Source: Candidatus Latescibacterota bacterium (GTDB lineage Bacteria > Latescibacterota > UBA2968 > UBA8231). From it: a stretch of 64,000 bases of DNA. How positions within the stretch are numbered: position 1 is the first letter of the stretch; each line of letters starts with the position of its first letter. The DNA lies in the NCBI GenBank assembly GCA_965203175.1, contig OZ241867.1, positions 4,928,001 through 4,992,000 of the forward strand, read 5' to 3'. Position numbers and translations under genes: made by a program. The notes beneath the pieces were generated by a model, which ran no database searches, was not told where the DNA came from, and worked only from the letters and a program-made list of their open reading frames with translations. Below are positions 37,078 to 46,335 of this stretch, piece after piece.

Positions 37078-38172
37078 ATGACTACCGAACACATCGGCAT
37101 GACCCGCGACGCCATCGACACCCCTGTCCTCTTGGTCGATCTCGACGCGCTCGAATACAACATTGACCTACTCGCCGAGCACTTCCAAGCCGCGGGCAAA
37201 AATCTCCGGCCGCACACTAAGTCGCACAAAACCCCGGCCATCGCCCACCTCCAACTCACGGCTGGCGCGCAGGGGATCACCTGCGCCAAGGTCGGAGAGG
37301 CCGAGGTCATGGCCGACGCCGGCATCCAAGACGTTCTCATTGCCAACGAAGTCGTCGGCCGCCGCAAAATCGAGCGCCTCATGGCGCTGGCCGCTCGTTG
37401 CGACATCATGGTCGCGGTCGATGACCCGCAAAACCTCGCCGACCTCAACGAGGCCGCCCAAGCCTACAAGGTCAGCCCCCGCGTACTAGTGGAGGTCAAC
37501 ATCGGCCACAACCGCTGCGGCGTCGCGCCCGCCACCGTCGTCGGTCTCGCCCGCTCAGCAGCCCAAGCACCGCACCTGCGCTTCTGCGGTCTGATGGGCT
37601 ACGAAGGCCACATCATCGACCTCGAAGATAAAGACGCCCGCGACGACGGTGCCCGCACCTGCCTACAGCGCCTCGTCGATGCTCGCGACGACGTAGAGCG
37701 CGCCGGCCTCGACTGTCTAATTTGCAGCGCCTCGGGCACGGGCGATTACTACATCAGCACTTCCTTCGACGGCATCACCGAGGTCCAAGCTGGCTCGTAC
37801 GCGCTGATGGACGCGGCGTACGCCAAGCTAAGCTTGGGCTTCAAAAACGCCCTCAGCGTGCTGACCACCGTTACCAGCCGCCCTGCGCCCGAGCAGGTCA
37901 TCACCGATGCCGGCCTCAAGAGCCTGACGCCCGAGCACGGCTTCCCCCTCGTCAAAGATCGCCCCGACTTGGAATGCCATGCCCTCTCCGAAGAGCACGG
38001 CCGCCTCAAGACCGTAGCCGGCTCCTGCACCGACCTCCATCCCGGCGACCTGCTCGAATTTATCCCCGGCCACGGCTGCACCACTGTCAACCTCCACGAC
38101 CACCTCTACGCGCTGCGCGCCAATCGACTGGAGGCGATTTGGGAGATCGCCGGTCGCGGCAAAGTCCGCTGA
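37078..38172 (+). CDS. DSD1/D-threonine aldolase family PLP enzyme
   Basis: DTPVLLVD, RPHTKSHK, GLMGYEGH, QAGSY, DAGLKS, SEEHG, PGHGC. Confidence 0.9.
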   Translation: MTTEHIGMTRDAIDTPVLLVDLDALEYNIDLLAEHFQAAGKNLRPHTKSHKTPAIAHLQLTAGAQGITCAKVGEAEVMADAGIQDVLIANEVVGRRKIERLMALAARCDIMVAVDDPQNLADLNEAAQAYKVSPRVLVEVNIGHNRCGVAPATVVGLARSAAQAPHLRFCGLMGYEGHIIDLEDKDARDDGARTCLQRLVDARDDVERAGLDCLICSASGTGDYYISTSFDGITEVQAGSYALMDAAYAKLSLGFKNALSVLTTVTSRPAPEQVITDAGLKSLTPEHGFPLVKDRPDLECHALSEEHGRLKTVAGSCTDLHPGDLLEFIPGHGCTTVNLHDHLYALRANRLEAIWEIAGRGKVR

Positions 38173-38209
38173 CTGCCAAAGTTTCGCCATGCCCTCCTCG
38201 TCGCTGCCA

Positions 38210-39178
38210 TTAACGGGCACCTGTTGAAAGCAGCGCTTTGATCCGGCCCCACGACTGGGACTCGACGCTCGTCGAAGCAGCAGAAGGGGAAACCGGTTGC
38301 CAAGCAGGATAATCTCCGCCCAAGCCGTCGGTCAGATTGACCAAGTTGCTCCCGTCTATATCAACAACCCAAACCTCCTGGTCCCCCTGCTCGTTAGCGC
38401 CAGAGAAGGCAATTCTCATGCTGTCGGGCGACCAAGTAGGCTCAGGGGTGGCCGGTATAAACTGGCCGGGTTCAAGTTCAGCTTGTTGATAGGGTAGATC
38501 AGGAAGAGGAATCACCCGGAAATCTATCCGGTTCAGGAGATCTTCTATCGGCTCAGAAGGCTGCGGGACCTCACCGGGAGCGAAGATAGCTAGATATAGG
38601 TAGGCATCGCCCTCAGAGTCCTGCAATACGACATCTGCTAGTTTGGTTCCGTCTGGAGAAAGACCGCGATTATCGAGGGAACCTTTGACTATCCAAGCCG
38701 CTTCCCTCCAATCCATAAGTGAGGATCCACTGCCGTCCAGCGCCACAACGAACACTTCAGGGTTCCCTATGCGGTGCTTTATGAAGTAAATGAGACTTCC
38801 GTCTTCAGCCCAAACAAAATCCTCCGCATTTCCATATCCGGGATTTGTTAGAGATCCCATCTGTTGCGGATTGCCGCCGTCGGCGTCCATCACCCAGACG
38901 TCACCAATGGAATAATCGACCCCGACGGAAACGGGATCTTTACTAAAGGCGAGATAGGCGATCTTCGTGCCATCTGGAGACCAAGCAGGGTTAACGCAAC
39001 GCCCATGCCGACCTTGGGTTAAATTGACGGGATCGCTACCATCCGCATTCATAATCCACACGTCACCGGCCCCCTCGCGCCACGAAGCAAATGCGATTTT
39101 ACCGTCGGCTTGCCCCCAGCCAGCGACGGCCAGCCCCAGCGTTGCCAAGCAGACGAGCAGTAGGGATCGATAGGTCAT
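38210..39178 (-). CDS. Secreted TolB-like (PD40) paralogue T1
   Basis: Signal peptide, KIAF, PAWSPDGTKIAY, C-terminal SVESQSWGRIKALL. Confidence 0.85.
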   Translation of the reverse strand: MTYRSLLLVCLATLGLAVAGWGQADGKIAFASWREGAGDVWIMNADGSDPVNLTQGRHGRCVNPAWSPDGTKIAYLAFSKDPVSVGVDYSIGDVWVMDADGGNPQQMGSLTNPGYGNAEDFVWAEDGSLIYFIKHRIGNPEVFVVALDGSGSSLMDWREAAWIVKGSLDNRGLSPDGTKLADVVLQDSEGDAYLYLAIFAPGEVPQPSEPIEDLLNRIDFRVIPLPDLPYQQAELEPGQFIPATPEPTWSPDSMRIAFSGANEQGDQEVWVVDIDGSNLVNLTDGLGGDYPAWQPVSPSAASTSVESQSWGRIKALLSTGAR

Positions 39179-39240
39179 AACGTAACTCCTTTCATGGATT
39201 AATCGGTTTTTTCCTTTTTAATATATAGAAAAACCTCTGA

Positions 39241-39537
39241 CTACTCATCATCTATCCACGCCTGTAAGCCCCAGCTTTCCAACGACCTCTGTATAGAAGG
39301 AGCGAGTTGCTGGAAGCGCAAAGTCAGGCCCAGTTGCCCCAAACCGATTACGTCGCGTTCAAGCAATGGACTGATGCTCCGCACTTCGTTAGCCACTATA
39401 CAGACCTCCCTTACCCCCTCCCCGACATACGATTCCATGCAGTCGTGCAGGATATCGAACTCCGTCTTATTGATATACCCCATGAGTTCGATGGTTAAGG
39501 TTCGACCGCAGCGATTCAATGTGTTAATACGCACCAT
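39241..39537 (-). CDS. Small STAS-like protein
   Basis: 98 aa, GAGG RBS; beta/alpha pattern TIELMGYI...VRSIS...LRFQQLAPSIQRSLESWGL. Confidence 0.55.
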   Translation of the reverse strand: MVRINTLNRCGRTLTIELMGYINKTEFDILHDCMESYVGEGVREVCIVANEVRSISPLLERDVIGLGQLGLTLRFQQLAPSIQRSLESWGLQAWIDDE

Positions 39538-39571
39538 GCTGATGCCTCTAATCTCAGCCCGCAGCGGTTCT

Positions 39572-41692
39572 TCATGGGAGCTTAGTCGTCTTCTTGGCTT
39601 CTACCTGTCCGTCCACCTCGACCCGATAGAGATACACCCCGGCGGCCACGGCCTTGCCCGCCTCGTCGCGGCCATCCCAAGAAAAACGATGGCTGCCCGC
39701 CCCAAGCGGCCCCTGCCACAACTGCCGCACCCGACGACCCAACACATCATACACCGTCAACGACATCTGCGCCGCGTCTGTCGCCAAATCAAGGGGGAGC
39801 ACGACTGCCGGATTGAACGGATTGGGATAGCTGTCGCCCAGCCGATACTGGACCGGCCGCGCTGCCGTCGACGTCATCACCGCGGTCGCTGGCGCTCCCA
39901 CCGAACTCTTGAGCACCTGCACGCCGCCCAAGACGCTATTTAACACCACCAAGTCCACATCGCCGTCGCCATCCACATCCCCCGGTAGCACCTGTACCCC
40001 CTCGCCGACCAAACGATGCTGCTCCACCTCCTTAGTCGGATTCGCACCCCCACCCCATTCTACGAACACTCCAAAGCCCGAGGCGCGGTCCCCGCCGATA
40101 AATGCCCAATCCTCTACTCCATCGGCGTTCAGGTCGCGCACTACCACCGGTGAGCGCATAAACAGCCCATCATACAGCACCTTCTCCTCTACACCGCCCC
40201 CTAATCGGCTGCTCTGGACGGCAAGGCCCTTGGACCCTTCCCACCTGTTGCGTTCGAGCGGCGTGAGTAGGTCCACCTGCCCGTCGCCATCAAAATCACC
40301 CACTTGTAAAAGAGAAAAAAGAATGCCCGCCATATCGGCTGCGAAATCAAAGACTACCTCGCCCACCTCCGGCGCGTCGCCCAAGCGCCCTACCACCCAC
40401 CTGCCCACCCGGCCTCTCGGTGACCACAGCACGTCCAACTGCCCATCGCCGGTAAAGTCGCCCATCCGCGAGGGAAAATAGTTTTCGGTGACCGCCAACT
40501 GGGTGGCCGTCCACCCCTCCTGCTCGACCTCCCAGACCTCTAACGCTCTTTCTTCCTCCACCGTAAAGTCGGTTGTAAACAGTTCGACCCGGCCATCGCC
40601 ATCCCAATCCACCATATCCACCAGCCCGCGATCATTAATCTGCGTGAGCACCTCCATTTGCAGCTCCGGCCCAATAGACCAGACCGTTATTTCCCAATCT
40701 TTTCTTGTCGCGATCTCGTCTTGGCCATCGCCGGTCAAATCGCCGACGTGCAGATAATCGATCCCTTCTCCGATCCTCTTCTCGGTGTGCACCGTTTCAA
40801 AGGTCCCCCTCCCATCATTGAGGGCCATGACCCAGATGTTTACAAACGGAGGCGAGTGATAATTCTCCCAAGTGGAGAACAGGTCGAGATCGCCGTCCCC
40901 ATCTAAGTCCGTCAAGGCGGCAGCGCTCCTTCCTTTTAAGAAGGCGTCTAGTTCCGATATCAGGGGAGAGAAGACTGGGGGGGCGAAAAGTCCGGCTCCC
41001 TCAAAGCGGAAATACGCTACCGACGGCGGGACTAATTCCCCCGCTAACAGCTCTTCCTCGCCGGTCAACTCGATCCAGTCGATCTCAAACCACCCGACTA
41101 GCTCGTCCACCGGCCGGGACGCCCCCATCTCGCCCCACTCCAAGCGAAAATTCAGCCGAATATCTTGTAAAAGCCCCTCCCAAACCTCCCTGTCGTCCGG
41201 TGCGATCTCCCCGTCCGATTCGGGCAGTGTGAACTCCACTTCCTGCCATTCGGTGGTATAGACGAAGCCTCTTTGTCCTAAAATCCTAAACCGGCCCCCT
41301 AAACCCCAATACTCTGGATCATGACCCGGCTTCGTGAGGTTGTGCTCATTGGTCCAAGCCAGAGAAAAGGAACCGACCGTAGGACCATGATGGACCGTGC
41401 GGACCCGAGCCCGGACCCGGTCGAACAGGCCCGAATCATGGCCTATGATAGGCGAAATTACTTCGACACTCGGGCTAGGAAGCGCATCTCCGGCCATCGA
41501 GGGCGATACATCAATCGTCCATACGCCGTCTTCGACTACCCCCGGAAACAGGTTAAATTCAAACGTGCCGCCCCATCCATTGCCTGTTTTGGCGGCCCAT
41601 CCTTGCGTCGTCCCATCCTCGAAATCCCACGTCATCGCCTCGGCGAAACTGCTCCACAGCACAACGCATGCAATGCTAGCGAACCTCAACAT
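39572..41692 (-). CDS. Secreted FG-GAP/VCBS-repeat protein with FlgD-Ig C-terminal domain, paralogue F1
   Basis: Start MLRF behind GGAGG; signal peptide; DLDGDGDLDL-type repeats; SYPNPFNP...WDGRD..GK.VAAGVY. Confidence 0.88.
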   Translation of the reverse strand: MLRFASIACVVLWSSFAEAMTWDFEDGTTQGWAAKTGNGWGGTFEFNLFPGVVEDGVWTIDVSPSMAGDALPSPSVEVISPIIGHDSGLFDRVRARVRTVHHGPTVGSFSLAWTNEHNLTKPGHDPEYWGLGGRFRILGQRGFVYTTEWQEVEFTLPESDGEIAPDDREVWEGLLQDIRLNFRLEWGEMGASRPVDELVGWFEIDWIELTGEEELLAGELVPPSVAYFRFEGAGLFAPPVFSPLISELDAFLKGRSAAALTDLDGDGDLDLFSTWENYHSPPFVNIWVMALNDGRGTFETVHTEKRIGEGIDYLHVGDLTGDGQDEIATRKDWEITVWSIGPELQMEVLTQINDRGLVDMVDWDGDGRVELFTTDFTVEEERALEVWEVEQEGWTATQLAVTENYFPSRMGDFTGDGQLDVLWSPRGRVGRWVVGRLGDAPEVGEVVFDFAADMAGILFSLLQVGDFDGDGQVDLLTPLERNRWEGSKGLAVQSSRLGGGVEEKVLYDGLFMRSPVVVRDLNADGVEDWAFIGGDRASGFGVFVEWGGGANPTKEVEQHRLVGEGVQVLPGDVDGDGDVDLVVLNSVLGGVQVLKSSVGAPATAVMTSTAARPVQYRLGDSYPNPFNPAVVLPLDLATDAAQMSLTVYDVLGRRVRQLWQGPLGAGSHRFSWDGRDEAGKAVAAGVYLYRVEVDGQVEAKKTTKLP

Positions 41693-41759
41693 GACATTAC
41701 CTCCATATTCCCCGCGATAGTCGCGGCGTGTGGTGATTGTGAGAGCTTGGACGACTCCC

Positions 41760-43823
41760 TCACAGGTTTTCCTCGATTTTCGCCACAACCTCATCAACGT
41801 CAAATACTCTCAAACGATCCTCCACAATCAGCCCTTGGGAATCCACCAGATAATACCGAGGAATGCCGCTCACATTATAGGCTTGCGCGACTTGCTCCGA
41901 GCGCACATGGACGCCTTTGATCTCGTGTTTGGCAATGGCCTGTTTCCAGGCTGCTTCATTCGCGTCTAACGAGATATTGAGGAAGACGACCGGCTGAGCG
42001 GCCACTTGCTCTTTGATCTTGCGGAGAGTCCCCAAATCGGCGATGCACGGTCCGCACCAACTCGCCCAGAAGTCCAGCAAGACCACTTTGCCTTTGAACT
42101 GGCTCAGCGATACAGATTGGCCATCGAGGTCATGGAGGGTGAAATCGGGCGCGGGTTGCCCCGGTTTCAGCATCGAGAGCTTGTTCAGTTCCGCTTGGAG
42201 AGCCTCGGTGTATTCGGGGAAGGGGTTGCTCTCTACAAAGGACCGCCAGCGGGCATCCACAAAGGCTTCGTTGTCGAAGCTAATTCCAAGCATCAAGTCT
42301 CTGGCCAGAGACCAATAGAGCACTCGCCCTTGCAGTCTTTGCTGGGCTAGGTCGTATCGTTCTGGAGTCCTGCGAAAAATTGGAAAACTCGGTCCGGCAA
42401 AGATGGAGTCGAGTTGGGCTTGGACGGCCTCCGATAGACCCAAGGCCGCTAAATCAATCCTCTCGGACAGTTTGGGCGGTGGACTGTTTTGGTACGCGAA
42501 GTACATGGAGTCGAGTTGGGCTTGGACGGCCTCCGATAACTCCAAATCCGACAAGTCAATCCATGCCGACAGCGGGCGATTATTTACGTATTCGTACCAC
42601 TCTCTATTTTTTGCCAGTGGCAAATGGAAGGTCAACTTCCCGTCCGTCGTATCGATCCTCGTGGTATCTTCCATGCCGAAGGTCATGTGATGATCCTCAT
42701 AAGAGTCGAGTTCGGCTAAGGCGGCTGGCGATAACTCCAAACCCAACCAAGCGGCCTTTTCGGACGCACTGATCTCTTTGTGGTTTTCGTACATGGAGTC
42801 GAGGCGGGCGTAGGCACTCTCCGCTAATCCCAGCCCCGCCAGATCAATCATCTGCGATAGTTTAGGGTGGGCGTGGGGTTGGATGTCCGCGTTGTACATG
42901 GAGTCGAGGCGGACGTGGACAGCGGGCGACAAACCCAACCCCGACAGCTTGTACCTATCGGCAAGCCTAGATGGCCTGTCCTCCTCCGCGTTATCCACCT
43001 CCAAGTCTAGCGCGTTCACCACAAACCAGCGATACTCCTGCACGCCAATAGCCTTTTCATTTATCAAGGGGATTTCTTGCAGGAAATCGTAGTAGTCCGG
43101 AGGAACTTCTCTTCTCTCGGAGGGTTTGACGTGGAATCGGCGCATCCAATGGCCGTCTCTAAACGCAAACATCGGATAGGAAATCATCAGATCGGCCCAC
43201 TTGTAGTTGAAAAAGGCCGTCATATAGTCGATGAATCCCGGAGAAAGCGCGTATTGCTCGCGCCCCTCGGCTAGCAAGGCAAATTCATCCTGCCGCCGCT
43301 GTTTGACTTGGCGCGTAAACGCCTCGGGCTCCAGCCCATTGTCTGGGTCGAAGGCATTGTGTTGCGGCCAGAACTCCGCTAAAAAGCGATTGTTATCCGC
43401 TCCCCGGCCGCTAAAAGCCAGGGTATAGGCGGGCGGGGCCTCCTCTTCGGCCGTGTCCAAACTGTCAGATTCCACTGCCGCCGCAGAATCGGTCTCCGTC
43501 ACCTCGGCGAAGGCTACGACCGCGTGTAGGCTGTCGCCGGGTTCGACAAAGAAGGGGATGCGGAAGTATCGCTCACCTCTGTAATACCCGGTGACGAAAG
43601 TTCCTTTGGCAATGTTCAAGTGCAGGGCAAAGCGGTTTTGCTCGTCCAAGACGATGTGGTGTTCGGACGGTCCGGGAGCGAGTAGGGGTTCGTGGTGGAA
43701 CGCGACATCCCGCGACGGAGGGTTGTGGACTTCGCCGGTGACGATTGCGGCGCGTGATGATTGGGCTAGCCCTACACTCGCTGTACTGAGCAGGGCGACG
43801 AGGATGCGAAGGTATCGATTCAT
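41760..43823 (-). CDS. Secreted TlpA/ResA-like redoxin with internal repeats
   Basis: Start MNRYL behind AAGGAAA; signal peptide; APDFTL, GKVVLLDFWASWCGPC, GIPRYYLVD. Confidence 0.88.
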   Translation of the reverse strand: MNRYLRILVALLSTASVGLAQSSRAAIVTGEVHNPPSRDVAFHHEPLLAPGPSEHHIVLDEQNRFALHLNIAKGTFVTGYYRGERYFRIPFFVEPGDSLHAVVAFAEVTETDSAAAVESDSLDTAEEEAPPAYTLAFSGRGADNNRFLAEFWPQHNAFDPDNGLEPEAFTRQVKQRRQDEFALLAEGREQYALSPGFIDYMTAFFNYKWADLMISYPMFAFRDGHWMRRFHVKPSERREVPPDYYDFLQEIPLINEKAIGVQEYRWFVVNALDLEVDNAEEDRPSRLADRYKLSGLGLSPAVHVRLDSMYNADIQPHAHPKLSQMIDLAGLGLAESAYARLDSMYENHKEISASEKAAWLGLELSPAALAELDSYEDHHMTFGMEDTTRIDTTDGKLTFHLPLAKNREWYEYVNNRPLSAWIDLSDLELSEAVQAQLDSMYFAYQNSPPPKLSERIDLAALGLSEAVQAQLDSIFAGPSFPIFRRTPERYDLAQQRLQGRVLYWSLARDLMLGISFDNEAFVDARWRSFVESNPFPEYTEALQAELNKLSMLKPGQPAPDFTLHDLDGQSVSLSQFKGKVVLLDFWASWCGPCIADLGTLRKIKEQVAAQPVVFLNISLDANEAAWKQAIAKHEIKGVHVRSEQVAQAYNVSGIPRYYLVDSQGLIVEDRLRVFDVDEVVAKIEENL

Positions 43824-43864
43824 TGGTCTTTTCCTTTCTAATGGTCTGTGAAAGACCTCCTCCC

Positions 43865-45961
43865 TCATGGGAGTCTGGTCGTCTTCTTGGCTTCTATCTG
43901 TCCGTCCACTTCGACCTTGTAGATATACACCCCGGCGGCTACCCCCTTGCCCACCTCGTCGCGGCCATCCCAAGTAAAACGATGCGCACCCGCTCCGAGT
44001 GCCCCTTGCCACAACTGCCGCACCCGCCGTCCCAACACATCGTACACGGTCAACGACACCCCCGCCGCGTCCATCGCCAAATCAAGGGGGATCACTACAG
44101 CCGGATTGAACGGATTGGGATAGCTGTCGCCGAGCTGATATTCCGCCGGTCGAACTATCGTCGGCGTCTGCACTGCTGTCGGCTGCCCGCCCAGCGAACT
44201 TTTGAGCACATGCACCCCACCCAACAGCGGATCTAACACGACCAAGTCGAGATCGCCGTCGCTATCGACATCCCCGGAGAGCACTTCTACCCCATGGCCC
44301 TCTAGGCGATGCCTTTCCACGGCTCGCGTTGGATTCACGCCTCCGCCCCATTCGACAAATACCCCAAAGCCCGAGGCGCGGTCCCCACCGACAAACACCC
44401 AATCCTCTACCCCGTCGGCGTCCAAGTCGCGCACCATCACCGGCGAGCGCAGAAATAGCCGCTCGTCGTATAGTACTTCCTCTTCTACTACGCCCCCGGC
44501 TCCTCCTAGCTGTACGACCAAGCCCTTGAGGCCTTCGTATTGGACGCGGACGAGCGGCGTGAGCATATCTACTTGCCCATCGCCATCGAAATCGCCTACT
44601 CCTAACACCTCCTTCTCCGCATCGAATTCAAATATCTCACCTCTTTGAAGCTCGTCGCCCAAGGCCCCCACGATCCGCGTGTTCGCCTGCCCGTGGATCG
44701 GTAGCCACAGCACTTCCAGCATTCCATCACCCGTAAAGTCGCCGATCTGAGCGACCACATGGTTTTCAGCGGTAGCCACCTCGGAAGCGGTCCACATCCC
44801 GTTCTCTATATCCCAGACATCTAACGTGCTTCCTTCTAACGTAGCATGCCCTACAAACAACTCGACATCGCCATCGCCATCCCAATCCGCCATATCCCTC
44901 AACCAACGATCATCTATCTCGGTGAGCACTTCCAGTTGGAGGTCCGACTCAATGGACCAAACCTCGATCACGGCAATGATACGCCTATTCCCATGTTCAT
45001 CCTGCGTCACCTTGGCGAGTCGATACATCACTATTTCGTCCTTGCCATCGCCGGTCAAATCGCCGGCAAGCATCTCTATCGTCCCAGGATGGCCGACCTC
45101 CTCTGTGAGCACGGCCTCAAAGGTACCCTCGCCGTTATTGAGGGCCATGGTCCAGCCGCTTTCTTCTGTAACACTATCCCAAACACTATCCCAAGAGGCA
45201 AAAAGGTCTGCGTCGCCATCGCCATCCAAGTCCGTCAAGATGCCGGCCCTCTCTCCATAAGCTCCTACTCCCGGCGTAATCGGATAGAAAACCGGCGGGG
45301 CAAAAAATCCAGTCCCATCAAAGCGAAAGTACTCTACGTGCGGCGGGGGGAGTTCACCCTGTAGGAATTCTTCAACGCCGCTCAACTCAATCCAGTCAAT
45401 CTCAATCTCCCCAACCACATCGTCCTCGTTCCGATCTAGGATAAAATTCAGCCGAATATCCCTTAATAGACCCTCCCACATGACCTCGTCTTGGCCGATA
45501 AATGAAAACTCTATTTCCTGCCACTCAGTGGTGTAAACGAAATCTGTTTGTCCTGAAAGCTCAAATCGACTTTTGAACCGATTATCTGGGTCCTCACCCG
45601 GAGATATAAGGTTGTGCTCATTGGTCCAGGTGAGCCAAAAGGAACCGACCGTAGAGCTGTGATGTACGGTGCGGAATCGGATCCAGATCTGGTCGAACAG
45701 ATGCGAATCGTGCCCTATGGTGGGAGAAATCAATTTGACATTCGGCTTAGACCAATGCCCGGTGACTGAGGACGAGACATCGATCTTCCACACGCCGTCT
45801 GCGACTATACCGGGAAAAACGTCAAATTCACGCGGCCCACCCAATGTAAGAGTTTCTTTAGCGACCCATCCTTGCGTCATCCCATCGTCGAACTCCCAAA
45901 CGATCGCCTCGGCGAGGCTAGGCCACAGCGCAATCCACACAACAACGGCCAGCTTCAGCAT
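43865..45961 (-). CDS. Secreted FG-GAP/FlgD protein, paralogue F2
   Basis: Same architecture as F1; start MLKL behind GGAGG. Confidence 0.88.
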   Translation of the reverse strand: MLKLAVVVWIALWPSLAEAIVWEFDDGMTQGWVAKETLTLGGPREFDVFPGIVADGVWKIDVSSSVTGHWSKPNVKLISPTIGHDSHLFDQIWIRFRTVHHSSTVGSFWLTWTNEHNLISPGEDPDNRFKSRFELSGQTDFVYTTEWQEIEFSFIGQDEVMWEGLLRDIRLNFILDRNEDDVVGEIEIDWIELSGVEEFLQGELPPPHVEYFRFDGTGFFAPPVFYPITPGVGAYGERAGILTDLDGDGDADLFASWDSVWDSVTEESGWTMALNNGEGTFEAVLTEEVGHPGTIEMLAGDLTGDGKDEIVMYRLAKVTQDEHGNRRIIAVIEVWSIESDLQLEVLTEIDDRWLRDMADWDGDGDVELFVGHATLEGSTLDVWDIENGMWTASEVATAENHVVAQIGDFTGDGMLEVLWLPIHGQANTRIVGALGDELQRGEIFEFDAEKEVLGVGDFDGDGQVDMLTPLVRVQYEGLKGLVVQLGGAGGVVEEEVLYDERLFLRSPVMVRDLDADGVEDWVFVGGDRASGFGVFVEWGGGVNPTRAVERHRLEGHGVEVLSGDVDSDGDLDLVVLDPLLGGVHVLKSSLGGQPTAVQTPTIVRPAEYQLGDSYPNPFNPAVVIPLDLAMDAAGVSLTVYDVLGRRVRQLWQGALGAGAHRFTWDGRDEVGKGVAAGVYIYKVEVDGQIEAKKTTRLP

Positions 45962-45999
45962 GACAGCACCTCCATACCGAACTCCGCAGGACGACTTCC

Positions 46000-46035
46000 T
46001 CACAGATTCTCCTCGATTTTGGCCACAACCTCATC
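46000..46035 (-). pseudogene. 3' remnant of a deleted TlpA paralogue (DEVVAKIEENL*)
   Basis: Matches the last 11 codons, stop and downstream spacer of 41760-43823. Confidence 0.75.
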
Positions 46036-46087
46036 ATCCCGTTGGGGTTTGGGAAGGACCGTGCGGTGCACGGTTTGAGAAGACATA

Positions 46088-46103
46088 TGCACATTCCGTG
46101 CCA
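46088..46103 (-). promoter_or_regulatory. Sigma54 -24/-12 promoter
   Basis: TGGCACGGAATGTGCA (GG-N10-GC). Confidence 0.85.
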
Positions 46104-46125
46104 GATACTACGCCTCGAACAAAAA

Positions 46126-46152
46126 AACCCTTTAGGATCAACCTAAAGGGTT
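46126..46152. promoter_or_regulatory. Dyad AACCCTTTAGG-N5-CCTAAAGGGTT
   Basis: Perfect 11-bp inverted repeat; core conserved at 55982-56000 at the same distance from the sigma54 box. Confidence 0.65.
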
Positions 46153-46226
46153 ATAAAAAAGACACTTAAAATAATGTTGGGAGAGCTTTCCCGGTGCGCA
46201 GCCTCAGCCGTCAGCCCAAAACTTCC

Positions 46227-46281
46227 CACGACTTTCCGTGGACCGCGCACGACTTTTCGTGTTTTTCCACGACTTTTCGTG
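46227..46281. promoter_or_regulatory. Putative enhancer (UAS) array: 3 x CACGA-N4-TCGTG
   Basis: Sites at 46227, 46248, 46268 (21/20 bp period), ~125 bp upstream of the -24 box. Confidence 0.7.
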
Positions 46282-46335
46282 TTGACCGCCTACGACTTCT
46301 CCGGTCAGTTCTTAAGACTCAGAGTATCCTGCGGA

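Noticed and set aside
46227-46300. Short repeats as a CRISPR array (also 56079-56134)
   Set aside because: 14-bp units with 6-7 bp linkers, no spacer-sized unique sequence, no cas genes; fixed position relative to sigma54 boxes favours operator sites.
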